64,000 nucleotides of DNA from a bacterium (GCA_963693055.1 OY843751.1:1088001-1152000), one strand, 5' to 3'; positions 21,095-32,210 are shown, counted from the stretch's first letter. Made by a program: numbers and translations. The notes: generated by a model not told the origin, from the sequence alone.

Positions 21095-23425
21095 ATGAAG
21101 CATTTTTTCAAGATAGTATCTCTTGTTATTGGAGTGGTATGTATACTTTTATTAATGGGCATTGCTACTTATTGGCTAAAGTACCAAAGCATTGTTAATA
21201 CTGTACACAATAATGAAACTGAAAATATAAAACCGGGAACTCTTGGTAAATGGGTAAATACATTTATCGGGACGGGTGGTTTTCCGGCATGGGTGTGTGG
21301 ATATAATTTCCCCGGAGCTACTGTGCCATTTGGCATGGTCCGTCTCAGTCCCGAAACCTCATCGTTTTATCGAAATACCAGAGGATTAAATACTTCGGGA
21401 TATTATTATGGTGATAACAAGATACTTGGTTTCAGCCATACACGGCTTGCAGGAACAGGAGCAACGGATGGCGGCCATTTCCTTATAACTCCGGTTACAT
21501 GGAAGCCTGAAGAGATTGATTATACCCGGGATTTTTATTATACCTTTTCACACGCTGACGAAACTGCTTTTCCCGGTTACTATCGTGTGGCTTTGGATAA
21601 TAATAATGTGATTGCCGAGTTGACTGCGACAGAGAGAACCGGCTTGCACCGATATACGTTTTTAGATCAGACCAGCAGGGGCATTCTTTTAAACATAACC
21701 AATACCATTGCAAAAAAACGGGCAGAGAATGGAACCGTAAATGTTGATACGGAGAGAAACGAGATTTCCGGTTCTGTCAGAACGTTTGGGTCCTTTGCCG
21801 GCAGGTATGGCGGTATCAAAGTCTATTTTGTTGCACAGTTTGACACGCCTGTAACACACTATGGAATTTGGGATGGCAAGATTTTTACTCCCGATCTTTC
21901 TATTGCCAATAGCGATACCTTGATTGTCTATGCGGGATTCGATGAAAATATCAAACAGGTGAACATCAAAGTTGGTATCTCACATGTTAGTATTGAAAAC
22001 GCGCGTTTGAATTTGGAAACAGAAGCAAACAGTCTTGATTTTGATGAGGCTTTGCAAAATGCTATTCAAAAATGGGAAGACAAACTTGATCTGATTGAAA
22101 TTGAAGGCGGCAGTGAGAAAGAACAGACGATTTTTTACAGCGCGCTGTATCGCTGTTTTCAGATGCCAACCATTTTTAATGATGTAAATGGCGAGTATTT
22201 CGGATTTGATAAACAGGTGCACCAGGTAACGAATTTTAACTATTATACGGATTTATCACTTTGGGATACGTTTAGGACTCTGCATCCCTTGTATATTTTA
22301 ATTACTAACGATTATCAACGGGATATGCTGGTATCACTGGTGAAAATGGCTGAACAGGGGGGAGCTTTACCCCGCTGGCCTTCAGGTAATGGCTATACCG
22401 GATCCATGCTGGGCTCACCCGCGGATATGGTTGTTGCGGAATCATATCTAAAAGGAATTAAGGATTTTGATGTAGTGCTTGCCTATGAAAAAATGAAGGC
22501 TGTTGCGCTTGCTCCGCGCCCCAAAGGGGCCTCTTATTCCGGCAGGAGAAGTATTGAAGGATATTTAAAATATGGTTTTTGTCCCGAAGATTTGGGCGAG
22601 CGTTCGGTCAGCCGTACGCTTGAATATGCCTGGGCGGATTATGCTATCAGCCAGTTGGCCGGCGCGTTGGGACACCAGGCTGATTCGGTTCTGTTTGCCG
22701 AACATTCCCGTTTCTATAAAAATCTGTGGAACCCCAAAACACAATATTTTCAATCCCGCTATAGTGATGGCAGCTTTGTGGAAAAGTTTAAACCTTTGCA
22801 ATTGACCTATACGGACTGGGATGAAGAGTATACCCGTGGTTATGTTGAAGGCAGTGCGTTGCAATGGCGCTGGGCAGTACCCTTTGATACGGAAGGATTA
22901 ATGTCTCTGTTTAAGAGCCGGGATTATTATATATCAGAGCTTGAACATTTTTTTGCAAAAGCGAATCCGAAACTGGCAACCTGGATACCCGATTCGTATT
23001 ACTGGCACGGTAATGAACCGGATATCCATGCGGCGTATTTGTTCAATGATGCCGGCAGACCGGACCTGACACAGAAATGGGTTCGATGGGTGCTGGATAA
23101 CAAGTATGATGTATCGTACACGGGAATTGACGGTAATGATGACGGTGCTACACTTTCGGCATGGTATATTTTTAGCTCGCTTGGAATGTATCCTATTGCG
23201 GGAACGGATATTTACCAGCTTGGGGCCCCACTATTCAAGCAAGCTAACCTAAAAATGGGTGATAATACCCTGACAATCATTGCGGACAATTATGCTCCGG
23301 ATAATATCTATGTCAAAGCCGTTTATTTGAATGACAAACCGTTAACACAGTATAAAATCAAACATGCGGATATAGCGAACGGAGGGACTTTGCGATTTGT
23401 GATGAGTGAGAAAACAAAAAATTGA
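21095..23425 (+). CDS. GH92 alpha-1,2-mannosidase family glycoside hydrolase
   Basis: PGATVPFGMVRLSP, GFSHTRLAGTG, SLWDTFRT, HGNEP, GNDDGATLSAWY. Confidence 0.95.
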   Translation: MKHFFKIVSLVIGVVCILLLMGIATYWLKYQSIVNTVHNNETENIKPGTLGKWVNTFIGTGGFPAWVCGYNFPGATVPFGMVRLSPETSSFYRNTRGLNTSGYYYGDNKILGFSHTRLAGTGATDGGHFLITPVTWKPEEIDYTRDFYYTFSHADETAFPGYYRVALDNNNVIAELTATERTGLHRYTFLDQTSRGILLNITNTIAKKRAENGTVNVDTERNEISGSVRTFGSFAGRYGGIKVYFVAQFDTPVTHYGIWDGKIFTPDLSIANSDTLIVYAGFDENIKQVNIKVGISHVSIENARLNLETEANSLDFDEALQNAIQKWEDKLDLIEIEGGSEKEQTIFYSALYRCFQMPTIFNDVNGEYFGFDKQVHQVTNFNYYTDLSLWDTFRTLHPLYILITNDYQRDMLVSLVKMAEQGGALPRWPSGNGYTGSMLGSPADMVVAESYLKGIKDFDVVLAYEKMKAVALAPRPKGASYSGRRSIEGYLKYGFCPEDLGERSVSRTLEYAWADYAISQLAGALGHQADSVLFAEHSRFYKNLWNPKTQYFQSRYSDGSFVEKFKPLQLTYTDWDEEYTRGYVEGSALQWRWAVPFDTEGLMSLFKSRDYYISELEHFFAKANPKLATWIPDSYYWHGNEPDIHAAYLFNDAGRPDLTQKWVRWVLDNKYDVSYTGIDGNDDGATLSAWYIFSSLGMYPIAGTDIYQLGAPLFKQANLKMGDNTLTIIADNYAPDNIYVKAVYLNDKPLTQYKIKHADIANGGTLRFVMSEKTKN

Positions 23426-23445
23426 TTCAGTCAGGCAATTCTATT

Positions 23446-24732
23446 TTAATTCTTGAAATATTGCACCATTCTTGCCAAGGGCAAGGCTTCATCTCCACGG
23501 GCTTTGAATTGTGTTGTTCCAAATTGGGACTGTTCAAACATGGCATTGATAATGATATTAATTGCTGTGTCAATATCTGCTGATTTAAGATTCATTTCAT
23601 TGGCCGTAACCAATACTGATAAGGCATTAATAGTGGAATATCCATTGTTATTTATCTCTGTTGCCAGGTTTTGCAAAGAGACAAAAAGGCCCTGTTTTAA
23701 TGGTTCATAAAATGGATGATCTTGAGGTAATACCTGATATAATGCCAGCATGCCCCTTGTCAGGATAACATGATAGCTTGTACAGGCATTGTGTGGATCG
23801 ACCCATCTTCCGTTTTCCATTAGACCCGGCAAGACACCCAGTTTGCAATTTTGTACAGAATGGTTGAGATAGATTGTATCCTGAGTTACTGCAAAATATT
23901 TTGCCAATAACCAGACTGAAAACGCGTTATAGTTCCAGTTTTTAACCAGATTTATATTAGTGCAATAATCCGCGGCTTTTTGAGCGGCAGCAAGATATTT
24001 TTTATCAAGCGTTATTTTATAGGCGTCTAACATTGCCACACCACAAACGCCTGTATCGAACAGGGTACCTCCGCTGCCATCATCCTGTATTACCCAATTG
24101 TTGGCAAATGCATTGGGATTACGTTCATAAAAACGTTCAAGAGTAGGACTGAAATTTTTATCTATGCCACGCAGATCAGGAAAAGGGAACATGCCGGAAT
24201 CCAATTGCTGACGGCATAAATAATCTGCACTTTCAACAAGCAAGGTCTTTAAATGTGCTTGATTACTGATTGGGTAATCAAGTATTTCTGAAAAGCCACA
24301 AATCAGGTAGCCGTTAAACCTCAGCATGGGTGACACCTGGGGCGGGTATTTTTCGGGTTTCCATTCACCATTTCCTTTGTACATGTGTTTTTTGATAAAG
24401 TTTATATAAAGATCATAATATTGAATAGCACTAGTAAACGTATGGATTTGTTTGTTGCTGGCCGGCATGTAATAACTGGGTTCTTTTTCCGGTTTTCCGG
24501 CCCATTCTCCCAATTCCGTTTTTAATTTTTGGACGAGTAAAAGGATTTGTTGTTCATTTTGCTTCTTGAGTGCTATGCTGAGCTCATTTGCTATGGGTTG
24601 TACCTGTTTCATAACCGTTTTGAGATCACAAGCAAAGTCAGTCTTGTTTTCAGTCTGATCATTACCGTTTGCCTGTAAAGTTGCTCCGCAAATTATGCAA
24701 AGCAGTACCCAAAAGATCTTTGTTTTCATCAT
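23446..24732 (-). CDS. Secreted hypothetical protein, probably an alpha/alpha toroid
   Basis: Signal peptide and helical repeats such as YLAAAQKAADY. Confidence 0.6.
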   Translation of the reverse strand: MMKTKIFWVLLCIICGATLQANGNDQTENKTDFACDLKTVMKQVQPIANELSIALKKQNEQQILLLVQKLKTELGEWAGKPEKEPSYYMPASNKQIHTFTSAIQYYDLYINFIKKHMYKGNGEWKPEKYPPQVSPMLRFNGYLICGFSEILDYPISNQAHLKTLLVESADYLCRQQLDSGMFPFPDLRGIDKNFSPTLERFYERNPNAFANNWVIQDDGSGGTLFDTGVCGVAMLDAYKITLDKKYLAAAQKAADYCTNINLVKNWNYNAFSVWLLAKYFAVTQDTIYLNHSVQNCKLGVLPGLMENGRWVDPHNACTSYHVILTRGMLALYQVLPQDHPFYEPLKQGLFVSLQNLATEINNNGYSTINALSVLVTANEMNLKSADIDTAINIIINAMFEQSQFGTTQFKARGDEALPLARMVQYFKN

Positions 24733-24749
24733 AATCCAGCTTGATTCGT

Positions 24750-27700
24750 TTAATTAAATGTTAATAACCTGACCGGTCCCAATAGACCTGATTCAAACAG
24801 GGGCGAATCTTTTTTATAGTATCGCTTTGTGGTAAAGGAATACCTGCCGCTGGTACGGGGCTCGCCATTCAACAGCCACTGCGGCCATTGCCCATCTTTG
24901 ATTCCGTCATCGGGGAGATATTCATCACCAATCAACCGGTTGGGCCAGAGATTGGCAATCTCGATCTTGAGGTGATTGTCTTTATCTTTGACCGAACCGG
25001 ATATATCCACTCGCCAGGGATGGGTCCAGGCAATGCCCAAATCCTGATCGTTCAGGCGAACTCGTGCCATATTGCAGACCTTGCCAAGCTCTAGAAACAA
25101 GCCATCCTCAATAACAAGATCGTTGGGTAAATCAAAGGTCTTGTTGTACACAGCGATCCCCGAATAGTATTTCACTCCTTTATTGGGATGTTTGGACCAG
25201 TCCGATAATTCATCAAATTGTATGGATTCCGGGCCGCCCCATTTGGGATCAAACTCTACCTGCCAGGGACCTGTAATTTTAGCAATATTTTGGAATTGTT
25301 TGAAATTGGAATTCCTTGATGTTTTCTCTACTTTTTTATCTTGATCAAAGACAATGAAATAACTGCCATGAGGCTCAAATTGCAACGGGATTGTAGTATG
25401 TTCTCTATCAATCGTATAATCTGTCAAAGTCCACGTTACCCCGGTGAGCGGGTCCCACAATTCAGGAGCACCTTTTGTTGCGCGGAAACGGCAATCGGTT
25501 TGTACAAGCGCGTCCTCACGATTGGATACAAAATAAATATCGAGATCTGATGTGTGACGATGCGTATAGCGGATAGGTCCGTCGTTTTCAAAATCAGGCG
25601 CAACCGCCAGTTCTTCCAGTATTGTGGCGGTGATCCCATATGCAGGGAACAGGGATGCATCCATGGGGTTGAGTGCACTGCCAGATATGATTTTGCCCTT
25701 GCCGTATTGTCGTTCAATCATTCCGTCGGGCAGATCAAATCCGCCCCACATAGCCTCTGCCAGTGAATGTACATTTTTATCACACTGGGGATAATCGGCC
25801 AGACTAGGGGATTTTAACGGCGGCGGACCGGCAATTACAGCGCCATCCCAAACCAGTCTTTCCAGTTTATGCAACAATTCTGGTGTCATGGTTTGAATAT
25901 TGGGTAACACCAGCAGCGCATAAGAGGCACCACCGGGGAAAACGATTCTGTGGTTTTTTACCTTTGCTTTTGCTATCAATTGCAGAGGAGAGCAGGCATC
26001 AAAATTATAGGCCTTGCGGTCCGGCAGGGTATCGCATCCTGCCAGTGCGGATTGGGGAGGTACAAATACATTCGGGGCGCCTTCGGGAGTGAGGTAAAGA
26101 ATATCCGCAACCGCATTGCCCTGGCGCAGTAAATGTGAACAACGTGAAATATATTTGTGATAGGCGGAAACCATGGGCCACCAGGTTTGTCCGCGGTCCC
26201 AGTGAACGCCATAGGGGCCCATGCACATTCCCGGACGATACTGTTCGCCAAGGGGTTTGTGAGCAAACGTGTGATACACAAACTTGTTAATGCCCATGCA
26301 GAGAGCCCAATCACCCTGATTTTTTAACACTCCGGGATACAGCTTCCAGGCTTCATCACCACCTGCGGTAAAGGCCTCTGCCGCAACCACCGGTAAACCG
26401 TTTATATGTGCAATAGATGAAGATTCGAAGCAGCTATAGGTTGTGTTAAAGCCATATCCCTTGCTCCAGAATTCACACATGGGCACATCTGCGTAATCAC
26501 CCATATCCAGATCAGCAGTGGGATTCATATCATACGGCTCAATGGACAGTCCCAGTCCGTAACGGTCTCCCAGGGTTTTAATATGATTGACATGGTTTTC
26601 AAGCACCAGCTCTTGCGAGGTCAAACGTACATCCCATAGAAAGCGTTCGGTCTTTTCGCGGCTGTTAACAATGTAGCCAAGATACGCGGGTAAATAGGGG
26701 ACAAGAGAATATCCGCGACGCTTGAGAAACTCGCTGCGGAACGTGTCGGACCAGTTTTGTGCACCCATTTCCCAACTGTCCATGTGCAGCATAGTAAGAC
26801 CCGCGTTTTGGGCAAGCGGAGCACAACGCTTCAACAGTTTGCCTACATATTGATCAAAATGTGCATTAAACGCGGTGGTATCAAACTTGTCGCATTCGAA
26901 TCCGAGTCCCGGGGCAGGAGCGGGACGCGTAACCGCACCGTTGTTACGCATACCAAAACGCAGAATTGTCATATCGCCGGCCAGATTTTTATCAAGGCTG
27001 CCATCGGGTTGCAGATATTGAGTCAGGTTTTCAAAATTGTTGGATATGATGATTGAATCCGTCGAGGGTTCATGATATTCTGGTTGTGTAGGCAGCCAGG
27101 GTTTGACATTGGGACGCGAACTGTATGGCGCGCGGTAATAGAGCGCTTTTTCATCACTGTCCTGCAAGCGGACTGATCCACTTGGGCTACGATACTCCAG
27201 TACAAGTACATCCTCGTAATAGTCGTTCCATTTTTCTTTCAAAGTGGGGGACAATGCGCTTTCGCCAAAATAAGGACGACGTGGTTCGGGCACAGGTAAA
27301 ATTAAATTGTCATGTGTTTCGCGGTTGTCAAGCTCGGTTACCGAAGCAACCAGATGGCGCATGGACTGTTCAGGTTTCACCCAGGGGCCACCGCTACCGC
27401 TCCATCCGGGGCCTACCCCCAGAGTGATCTCGATGCCCAGCCGTTCTGCTTCTCGCACCATGTGCACAAACAGATCCTGCCATTCCTCGCTGAGCATATC
27501 CACGGGTCCACGCGGAACACCCACGTTCACTTCGAGGAAAACCACATTGCCAATACCCGCGGCTTTCATGGATTCCAGATCGGCAGTCATTTCCTCCCGG
27601 TTAAAGTTACCATCCATAAAGTACCAGTACACGCCGGGTCGCGCGTTATCGGGGGGATTGGTGAATTCCTGTTTCAATTGAGCGGTAGTAACAGAATGTG

Positions 27701-27794
27701 AATGGTTGCATCCGGTTGTGGAGAGAATAAACAGGATTAAAAAGATACTGCAAAAAACAGATTTAACTATCAGCGTTGTGTTTTTCATGATCAT
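24750..27794 (-). CDS. GH106 alpha-L-rhamnosidase family glycoside hydrolase (lipoprotein-like)
   Basis: FTNPPDNARPGVYWYFMDGN, GWSGSGGPWV, HMDSWE, AAEAFT, SGLLGPVRL; TGC lipobox. Confidence 0.9.
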   Translation of the reverse strand: MIMKNTTLIVKSVFCSIFLILFILSTTGCNHSHSVTTAQLKQEFTNPPDNARPGVYWYFMDGNFNREEMTADLESMKAAGIGNVVFLEVNVGVPRGPVDMLSEEWQDLFVHMVREAERLGIEITLGVGPGWSGSGGPWVKPEQSMRHLVASVTELDNRETHDNLILPVPEPRRPYFGESALSPTLKEKWNDYYEDVLVLEYRSPSGSVRLQDSDEKALYYRAPYSSRPNVKPWLPTQPEYHEPSTDSIIISNNFENLTQYLQPDGSLDKNLAGDMTILRFGMRNNGAVTRPAPAPGLGFECDKFDTTAFNAHFDQYVGKLLKRCAPLAQNAGLTMLHMDSWEMGAQNWSDTFRSEFLKRRGYSLVPYLPAYLGYIVNSREKTERFLWDVRLTSQELVLENHVNHIKTLGDRYGLGLSIEPYDMNPTADLDMGDYADVPMCEFWSKGYGFNTTYSCFESSSIAHINGLPVVAAEAFTAGGDEAWKLYPGVLKNQGDWALCMGINKFVYHTFAHKPLGEQYRPGMCMGPYGVHWDRGQTWWPMVSAYHKYISRCSHLLRQGNAVADILYLTPEGAPNVFVPPQSALAGCDTLPDRKAYNFDACSPLQLIAKAKVKNHRIVFPGGASYALLVLPNIQTMTPELLHKLERLVWDGAVIAGPPPLKSPSLADYPQCDKNVHSLAEAMWGGFDLPDGMIERQYGKGKIISGSALNPMDASLFPAYGITATILEELAVAPDFENDGPIRYTHRHTSDLDIYFVSNREDALVQTDCRFRATKGAPELWDPLTGVTWTLTDYTIDREHTTIPLQFEPHGSYFIVFDQDKKVEKTSRNSNFKQFQNIAKITGPWQVEFDPKWGGPESIQFDELSDWSKHPNKGVKYYSGIAVYNKTFDLPNDLVIEDGLFLELGKVCNMARVRLNDQDLGIAWTHPWRVDISGSVKDKDNHLKIEIANLWPNRLIGDEYLPDDGIKDGQWPQWLLNGEPRTSGRYSFTTKRYYKKDSPLFESGLLGPVRLLTFN

Positions 27795-27845
27795 CCCTGG
27801 TTTTGATGTTTTTTGAATATAATAACAAAATCAACGCATTGCCAT

Positions 27846-27873
27846 AAAAAAAAGACCCCGATTGGCAGGATCT
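27846..27873 (-). terminator. Minus-strand intrinsic terminator-like hairpin
   Basis: On the minus strand agatcctg-ccaat-cggggtct followed by a T run; the G-U pairs form only on this strand. Confidence 0.55.
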
Positions 27874-28060
27874 CTTAATCGCAAAAGGAGCTAAAAGTCT
27901 CACACAGAGCTGTACCAATGGAACACTTTTAATACATGTGTTATGACAAACCCATATCAGGCTTTAATATTGCGTACCTGGAGGTTGGTTTGTGTTTTTA
28001 ACGACTATAATTTAATATTTTTAGTGTTTTCGTTTTTTTTTGCGAATTTAACGATTATAC

Positions 28061-28178
28061 TTGACAGTAATTATTTTTTTTTGTAATATCAAAAAGGGAA
28101 GCAAATTTTTTTATTATTTAAAGTAAAAATTCCAAATTTCGGGGCGACTCACGGGGACTCGGTGATGTACCGGGTGAG
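28061..28178 (+). promoter_or_regulatory. Repeated promoter+leader element, copy 1
   Basis: TTGACA(28061)-17-TAATAT(28084), then a conserved leader ending ggggcgactcacggggactcggtgatgtaccgggtgag. Confidence 0.8.
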
Positions 28179-28233
28179 AATCAGAATTAATATTATTCAG
28201 TTATTCATTTACAACTGTTATTGGAAGATTATT

Positions 28234-30378
28234 ATGATGAACAGATTAATAGTTGTCTTAATGCTTGGATTATCCTCTTTATTGTTTGCGCAAACCTGGA
28301 CTGTACAAAATCCATTACCAACTGAAGCTTATCTATATAATGTTTGTACTGTTACTGAACAGAACATTATTATAGGTGGGTTAGGCGGTACATTGTTAAA
28401 GAGTTATGACGCGGGAAATACCTGGATTACACAAAAAATCAAAGAACTTGAAAATATTCGTAAAATCTGTTTTACTGACAGTTTGAATGGTTGGCTGATT
28501 GACAGTTTTTATTTATATCAAACAACAGATGGAGGAGAGACGTGGAAGAACGTGAATATCAGTAATATGGTTAATATTGTTGATTTTACGGATTATTATT
28601 TAACAGATTTATTCTGCTTTCATAACAAATTTTACCTGTTTCTAAAACCACAAACAGCCGTTGTAGACGAATTGATTGGAATAACCAGTATTGTTCTCGA
28701 AAGTAGTGATTATGGAAAAACCTGGAAAAAACAGGAGCAGCAATTAAACGGCAAATTTTTATGCGCTCATTTCCTGAATGAAAGTACTGGTTATGTTTAT
28801 ACGGAAGTTACTGTAAGCCTGGGAGAATCATATAATCTTTGTTATCTCACACGTGATGGTGGTCTCTCCTGGAATAGTTTTCAATTTCCGGTCACGTATT
28901 TTACAACCAGTATCTACTTTATAAATTCAGGCACCGGTTTTGTAGGAAAGTATCGGTCCCCAAACGGTGGAAATACCTGGGAAAATGTATTTCCTGCTCT
29001 GGAAGAATCGGAAAGTATTAATGATATGTATTTTACAGATAATTTGAATGGTTGGGCAATTTCTGACTTTCGGATTTTTCAAACCCATGATGCCGGAGAA
29101 ACCTGGAAACCTATAGAAAAGGAAGACGCTGGCAAATTGGTAGATATTGTTTTTTCCCCCTCTCAAAACGGTTGGATTGTTGGCGGTGATGGTACGATAT
29201 TTCGAAAAATGAATACCAATGCAAACTGGGAATACTTGAGCAGAGGGCACAGGACAGCTTTGCGAGATGTTTTTTTTATAGATGAAAACACCGGTTGGTG
29301 TGTTGGCGACAAAGGATATATTTTACACACCCAAAATAGTGGGGACAACTGGGAAAAGCTCAATGTGCCTGTGGACAATATATTATTCAAAGTCATATTT
29401 TTAAATCATCTTGATGGCTGGGTAGCGGGAAATAATGTTTTGTTGAGAACAACTGACGGGGGGAAAAAATGGTCCGTTTTAATAAATAATAGTAAATGTA
29501 AATTTGTGGATATTGCTTTCTTTGATGATAATACTGGTTTGTTGATTGATTATTGGGGGAATATATACAGGACTATCAATGGGGGGGGAGAATGGGAGTT
29601 GTTAGCAGAGTCGCCTGTTTTTTTAACCAGTATTGAAATTGTGAATGAGCAGGAAGCCTGGATTGGCGGCTGGTTCGGATTAATGCACATGACTGAAAAA
29701 GGAGATGTTATAAATTGGTATGATGTTCCGGAATTAAATAAAGTATTGGATATCCAATTTGTTAATACAACAACAGGTTTTCTAATGACAGAATACGGTA
29801 CACTTTTTAAAACGATTAATGGGGGCTGGGACTGGATAGAAATGGCAAGGGGAAATGGCGTTGAAGATGATCCGATACAGGCTTTTCGAATGATCGATAA
29901 CACTAATGGTTGGATTTATTCAGACAAATTGGGTGGGGCGATAAAAAATATTTATACCAATAGTATAATGATTCAAACGGATATTGAACAATACAAGGTA
30001 CCTACGATCAGAGCTTTTTCTTTTGTTAATGAAAACCTGGGGTGGGCGGTTGGATTAAACTCAGCGATATTAAAATATTCAAATGCTAATGATACCCCTA
30101 TATTTCCGGGTTTAGAAAAAAGTAAACAGCATGTTCATGTTTTTCCCAATCCTTTCCGGGAACAACAATATATCATTTTTAAGCTAGGTCAACGGCAATT
30201 AGTAAAAATTGATATCTATAATTTATTGGGTGAAAAAATTGAATCAGTTCATAATGATTATTTAAATGAAGGAATACAGGTTTTACGCTGGTCAAACGAG
30301 TATGCTTCTGGTGTTTACTTTATAACCGTGAAATGTGACGAGTTTGTGGAAACATGTAAAAGTACTACTTTTCATTAA
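28234..30378 (+). CDS. YCF48/BNR-repeat beta-propeller secreted protein with T9SS-type C-terminal tail
   Basis: Signal peptide from 28234, many F.D...GW and T.DGG..W repeats, VFPNPF...ASGVYFI tail. Confidence 0.85.
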   Translation: MMNRLIVVLMLGLSSLLFAQTWTVQNPLPTEAYLYNVCTVTEQNIIIGGLGGTLLKSYDAGNTWITQKIKELENIRKICFTDSLNGWLIDSFYLYQTTDGGETWKNVNISNMVNIVDFTDYYLTDLFCFHNKFYLFLKPQTAVVDELIGITSIVLESSDYGKTWKKQEQQLNGKFLCAHFLNESTGYVYTEVTVSLGESYNLCYLTRDGGLSWNSFQFPVTYFTTSIYFINSGTGFVGKYRSPNGGNTWENVFPALEESESINDMYFTDNLNGWAISDFRIFQTHDAGETWKPIEKEDAGKLVDIVFSPSQNGWIVGGDGTIFRKMNTNANWEYLSRGHRTALRDVFFIDENTGWCVGDKGYILHTQNSGDNWEKLNVPVDNILFKVIFLNHLDGWVAGNNVLLRTTDGGKKWSVLINNSKCKFVDIAFFDDNTGLLIDYWGNIYRTINGGGEWELLAESPVFLTSIEIVNEQEAWIGGWFGLMHMTEKGDVINWYDVPELNKVLDIQFVNTTTGFLMTEYGTLFKTINGGWDWIEMARGNGVEDDPIQAFRMIDNTNGWIYSDKLGGAIKNIYTNSIMIQTDIEQYKVPTIRAFSFVNENLGWAVGLNSAILKYSNANDTPIFPGLEKSKQHVHVFPNPFREQQYIIFKLGQRQLVKIDIYNLLGEKIESVHNDYLNEGIQVLRWSNEYASGVYFITVKCDEFVETCKSTTFH

Positions 30379-30474
30379 AAGAAAGGAGGGGGAAATAATT
30401 ATTTATATCTTTCTAATTTAGTTCGTTAAACAGTTAACCGATGCAAAGGAGTAAAAAATGAAAAGATCATTTAC

Positions 30475-30574
30475 CTTGATCGCGATACATATTCATGTAT
30501 CGCGGAATATTGTATTGGGGAAGTTCATCCCATAAAAGATGATAAAGTATGTTAGTTTATTGAGGATTGCAGCA
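30475..30574 (+). repeat. 100-bp hairpin repeat, copy A
   Basis: cgcgatacat-attc-atgtatcgcg perfect 10-bp stem; colinear with 31945-32044. Confidence 0.8.
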
Positions 30575-30593
30575 TTGATCAATGTTTATGTAA

Positions 30594-31391
30594 AACTGGG
30601 ACTATTTCGGTGCCCGGTTTTATGATGCGAGTCTGGCAAGGTTTACCACTGTTGACCCGTTAGATGAATTCAGTTCTCCATATATTTATTGTGGCAATAA
30701 TCCCATTGCCTATACTGATCCAACAGGATTAGCAACATATACAGATAGTACAGGAAATGTCTTACATGTTGATAATAAGGGTAAAGGTGTATATAAGTAT
30801 AATGTTGGTAGCGATTATTCTGGTACATTTTTACAGGAATGTGGAACTTTAATGGGAGAAACAATGGAGTGGAATTCTTTTACCTTAAATGGCGATGGTA
30901 AAACTCCATTTGGTAAAATTGATTTTGGATCTACTGCTGCCTCTGATTGGATTTCAAAATCAACAAATGAATTAAAAGATTTTCGTAATACTTTTATAAG
31001 GAGTGACAATATTGTTGAAAGTTTTGCTATGGGAAGCATACAAGCAATGATACATTATATGCAAAACGGGGGAAATGGTGAATATTATGATTTTAAGAAT
31101 GGAACCAAGACATATCAATATAGTGGTTCTCAAATTCACCCAGGTATTTATGTGACCAGACGTGATGCTGGAAATTATATGGCGGGTGTAGCTGCCAGAA
31201 TTGGTTTAATGCCTGAAAAATGGTCACTACGTTTTGCAGGTGCTTTTAATGCCGCTGGAAATCCAACTTTAAATAAAGATGGAATCCAAAGAATAGTCAA
31301 GGAACTTACAAACCGATTTATGGATGGACCTCCTTATGGAGAAACTCCTTTATCGCATCAATTTCAAAAAAATGGATATAGAAATAAATAA
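30594..31391 (+). pseudogene. Orphan RHS C-terminal fragment with Ntox44-like toxin domain
   Basis: The frame upstream of the listed ORF reads WDYFGARFYDASLARFTTVDPL...PYIYCGNNPIAYTDPTG (end of an RHS core) with no start codon. The toxin region has YDFK...DAGNYMAG. Confidence 0.8.
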
Positions 31392-31428
31392 TGTATCATT
31401 CAAATTGAACATTTTTTATGGATATGAT

Positions 31429-31863
31429 ATGAAAATAAGTGTTTTATTCTTTATAAGCGTGTTTTTTTTAATTATTTTAAATTGTATTAATTTTGAGGAT
31501 GAAATTGATTTTATTCATATTGAATCCAAGATTAATAAAAATTTAACAATAGTTCGACATCATATCTATGGTAATGATACTGCTGGAGGCTATTACATTG
31601 TCAATGGATTTCGAGATGAAAACAAGGGTATTCCACAAAATAATTATGTAAAAATCAGCGAACATACATTACCTCTCTGGATTAATATGAATAATGATGA
31701 ACAAATAATTATTTTGTATAGTATGGGAGAAATATGTGAAAATAAACTGATTGATGACAAAATTATAATTAAACAAATTGATTCTTTAGATGATATAAAA
31801 GAAAAGTATGGTTATGATCCTGATAATTTTAAAGTTTATGACATTAACAAAATGGGTTATTGA
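31429..31863 (+). CDS. Putative immunity protein (exported/lipoprotein-like)
   Basis: Small AT-rich ORF right after the RHS toxin; MKISVLFFISVFFLIILNC leader. Confidence 0.55.
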   Translation: MKISVLFFISVFFLIILNCINFEDEIDFIHIESKINKNLTIVRHHIYGNDTAGGYYIVNGFRDENKGIPQNNYVKISEHTLPLWINMNNDEQIIILYSMGEICENKLIDDKIIIKQIDSLDDIKEKYGYDPDNFKVYDINKMGY

Positions 31864-31944
31864 ATTTTTTCTGTGGTCTATAGACATGATTTAAAAAGTA
31901 AGTGTTATTATATTGCCGGACAAGTATAATAAATCAACAAAGTG

Positions 31945-32044
31945 CTTGATCGCGATTCATATTCATGTATCGAGAGATATTGGATTGGGGACATTCGTCC
32001 CATTGCAGGTTATCATGTGTGTTGGGTTCTTTTGAGCTGTAGCA
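31945..32044 (+). repeat. 100-bp hairpin repeat, copy B
   Basis: cttgatcgcgattcatattcatgtatcgagagatattggattgggg..., ungapped alignment to copy A. Confidence 0.8.
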
Positions 32045-32210
32045 CAACCCTTTATATTTATTGGGAGCATGCAAAAAGACAGAACCTTGTAAATAGATAA
32101 TATTGGGGCAACATCTTAAATATTCCGTTAAATTACTTTTGGATTTGAAAATATAAATATTAATTTAAAAAAGTAATTATTTTAATAAATCGGGAAAAAG
32201 GAGGGTAGTA

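Noticed and set aside
24888-27701. Numerous short antisense and overlapping ORFs in the track, here and elsewhere
   Set aside because: They are shadows of long, motif-supported genes and show no recognisable motifs of their own.
28162-28233. Longer N-terminus of the YCF48 gene starting inside the leader
   Set aside because: The same start gives only short ORFs in copies 2 and 3, and the signal peptide begins at 28234. ORFs 41118-41318 and 42658-42858 are likewise translations of the repeat.
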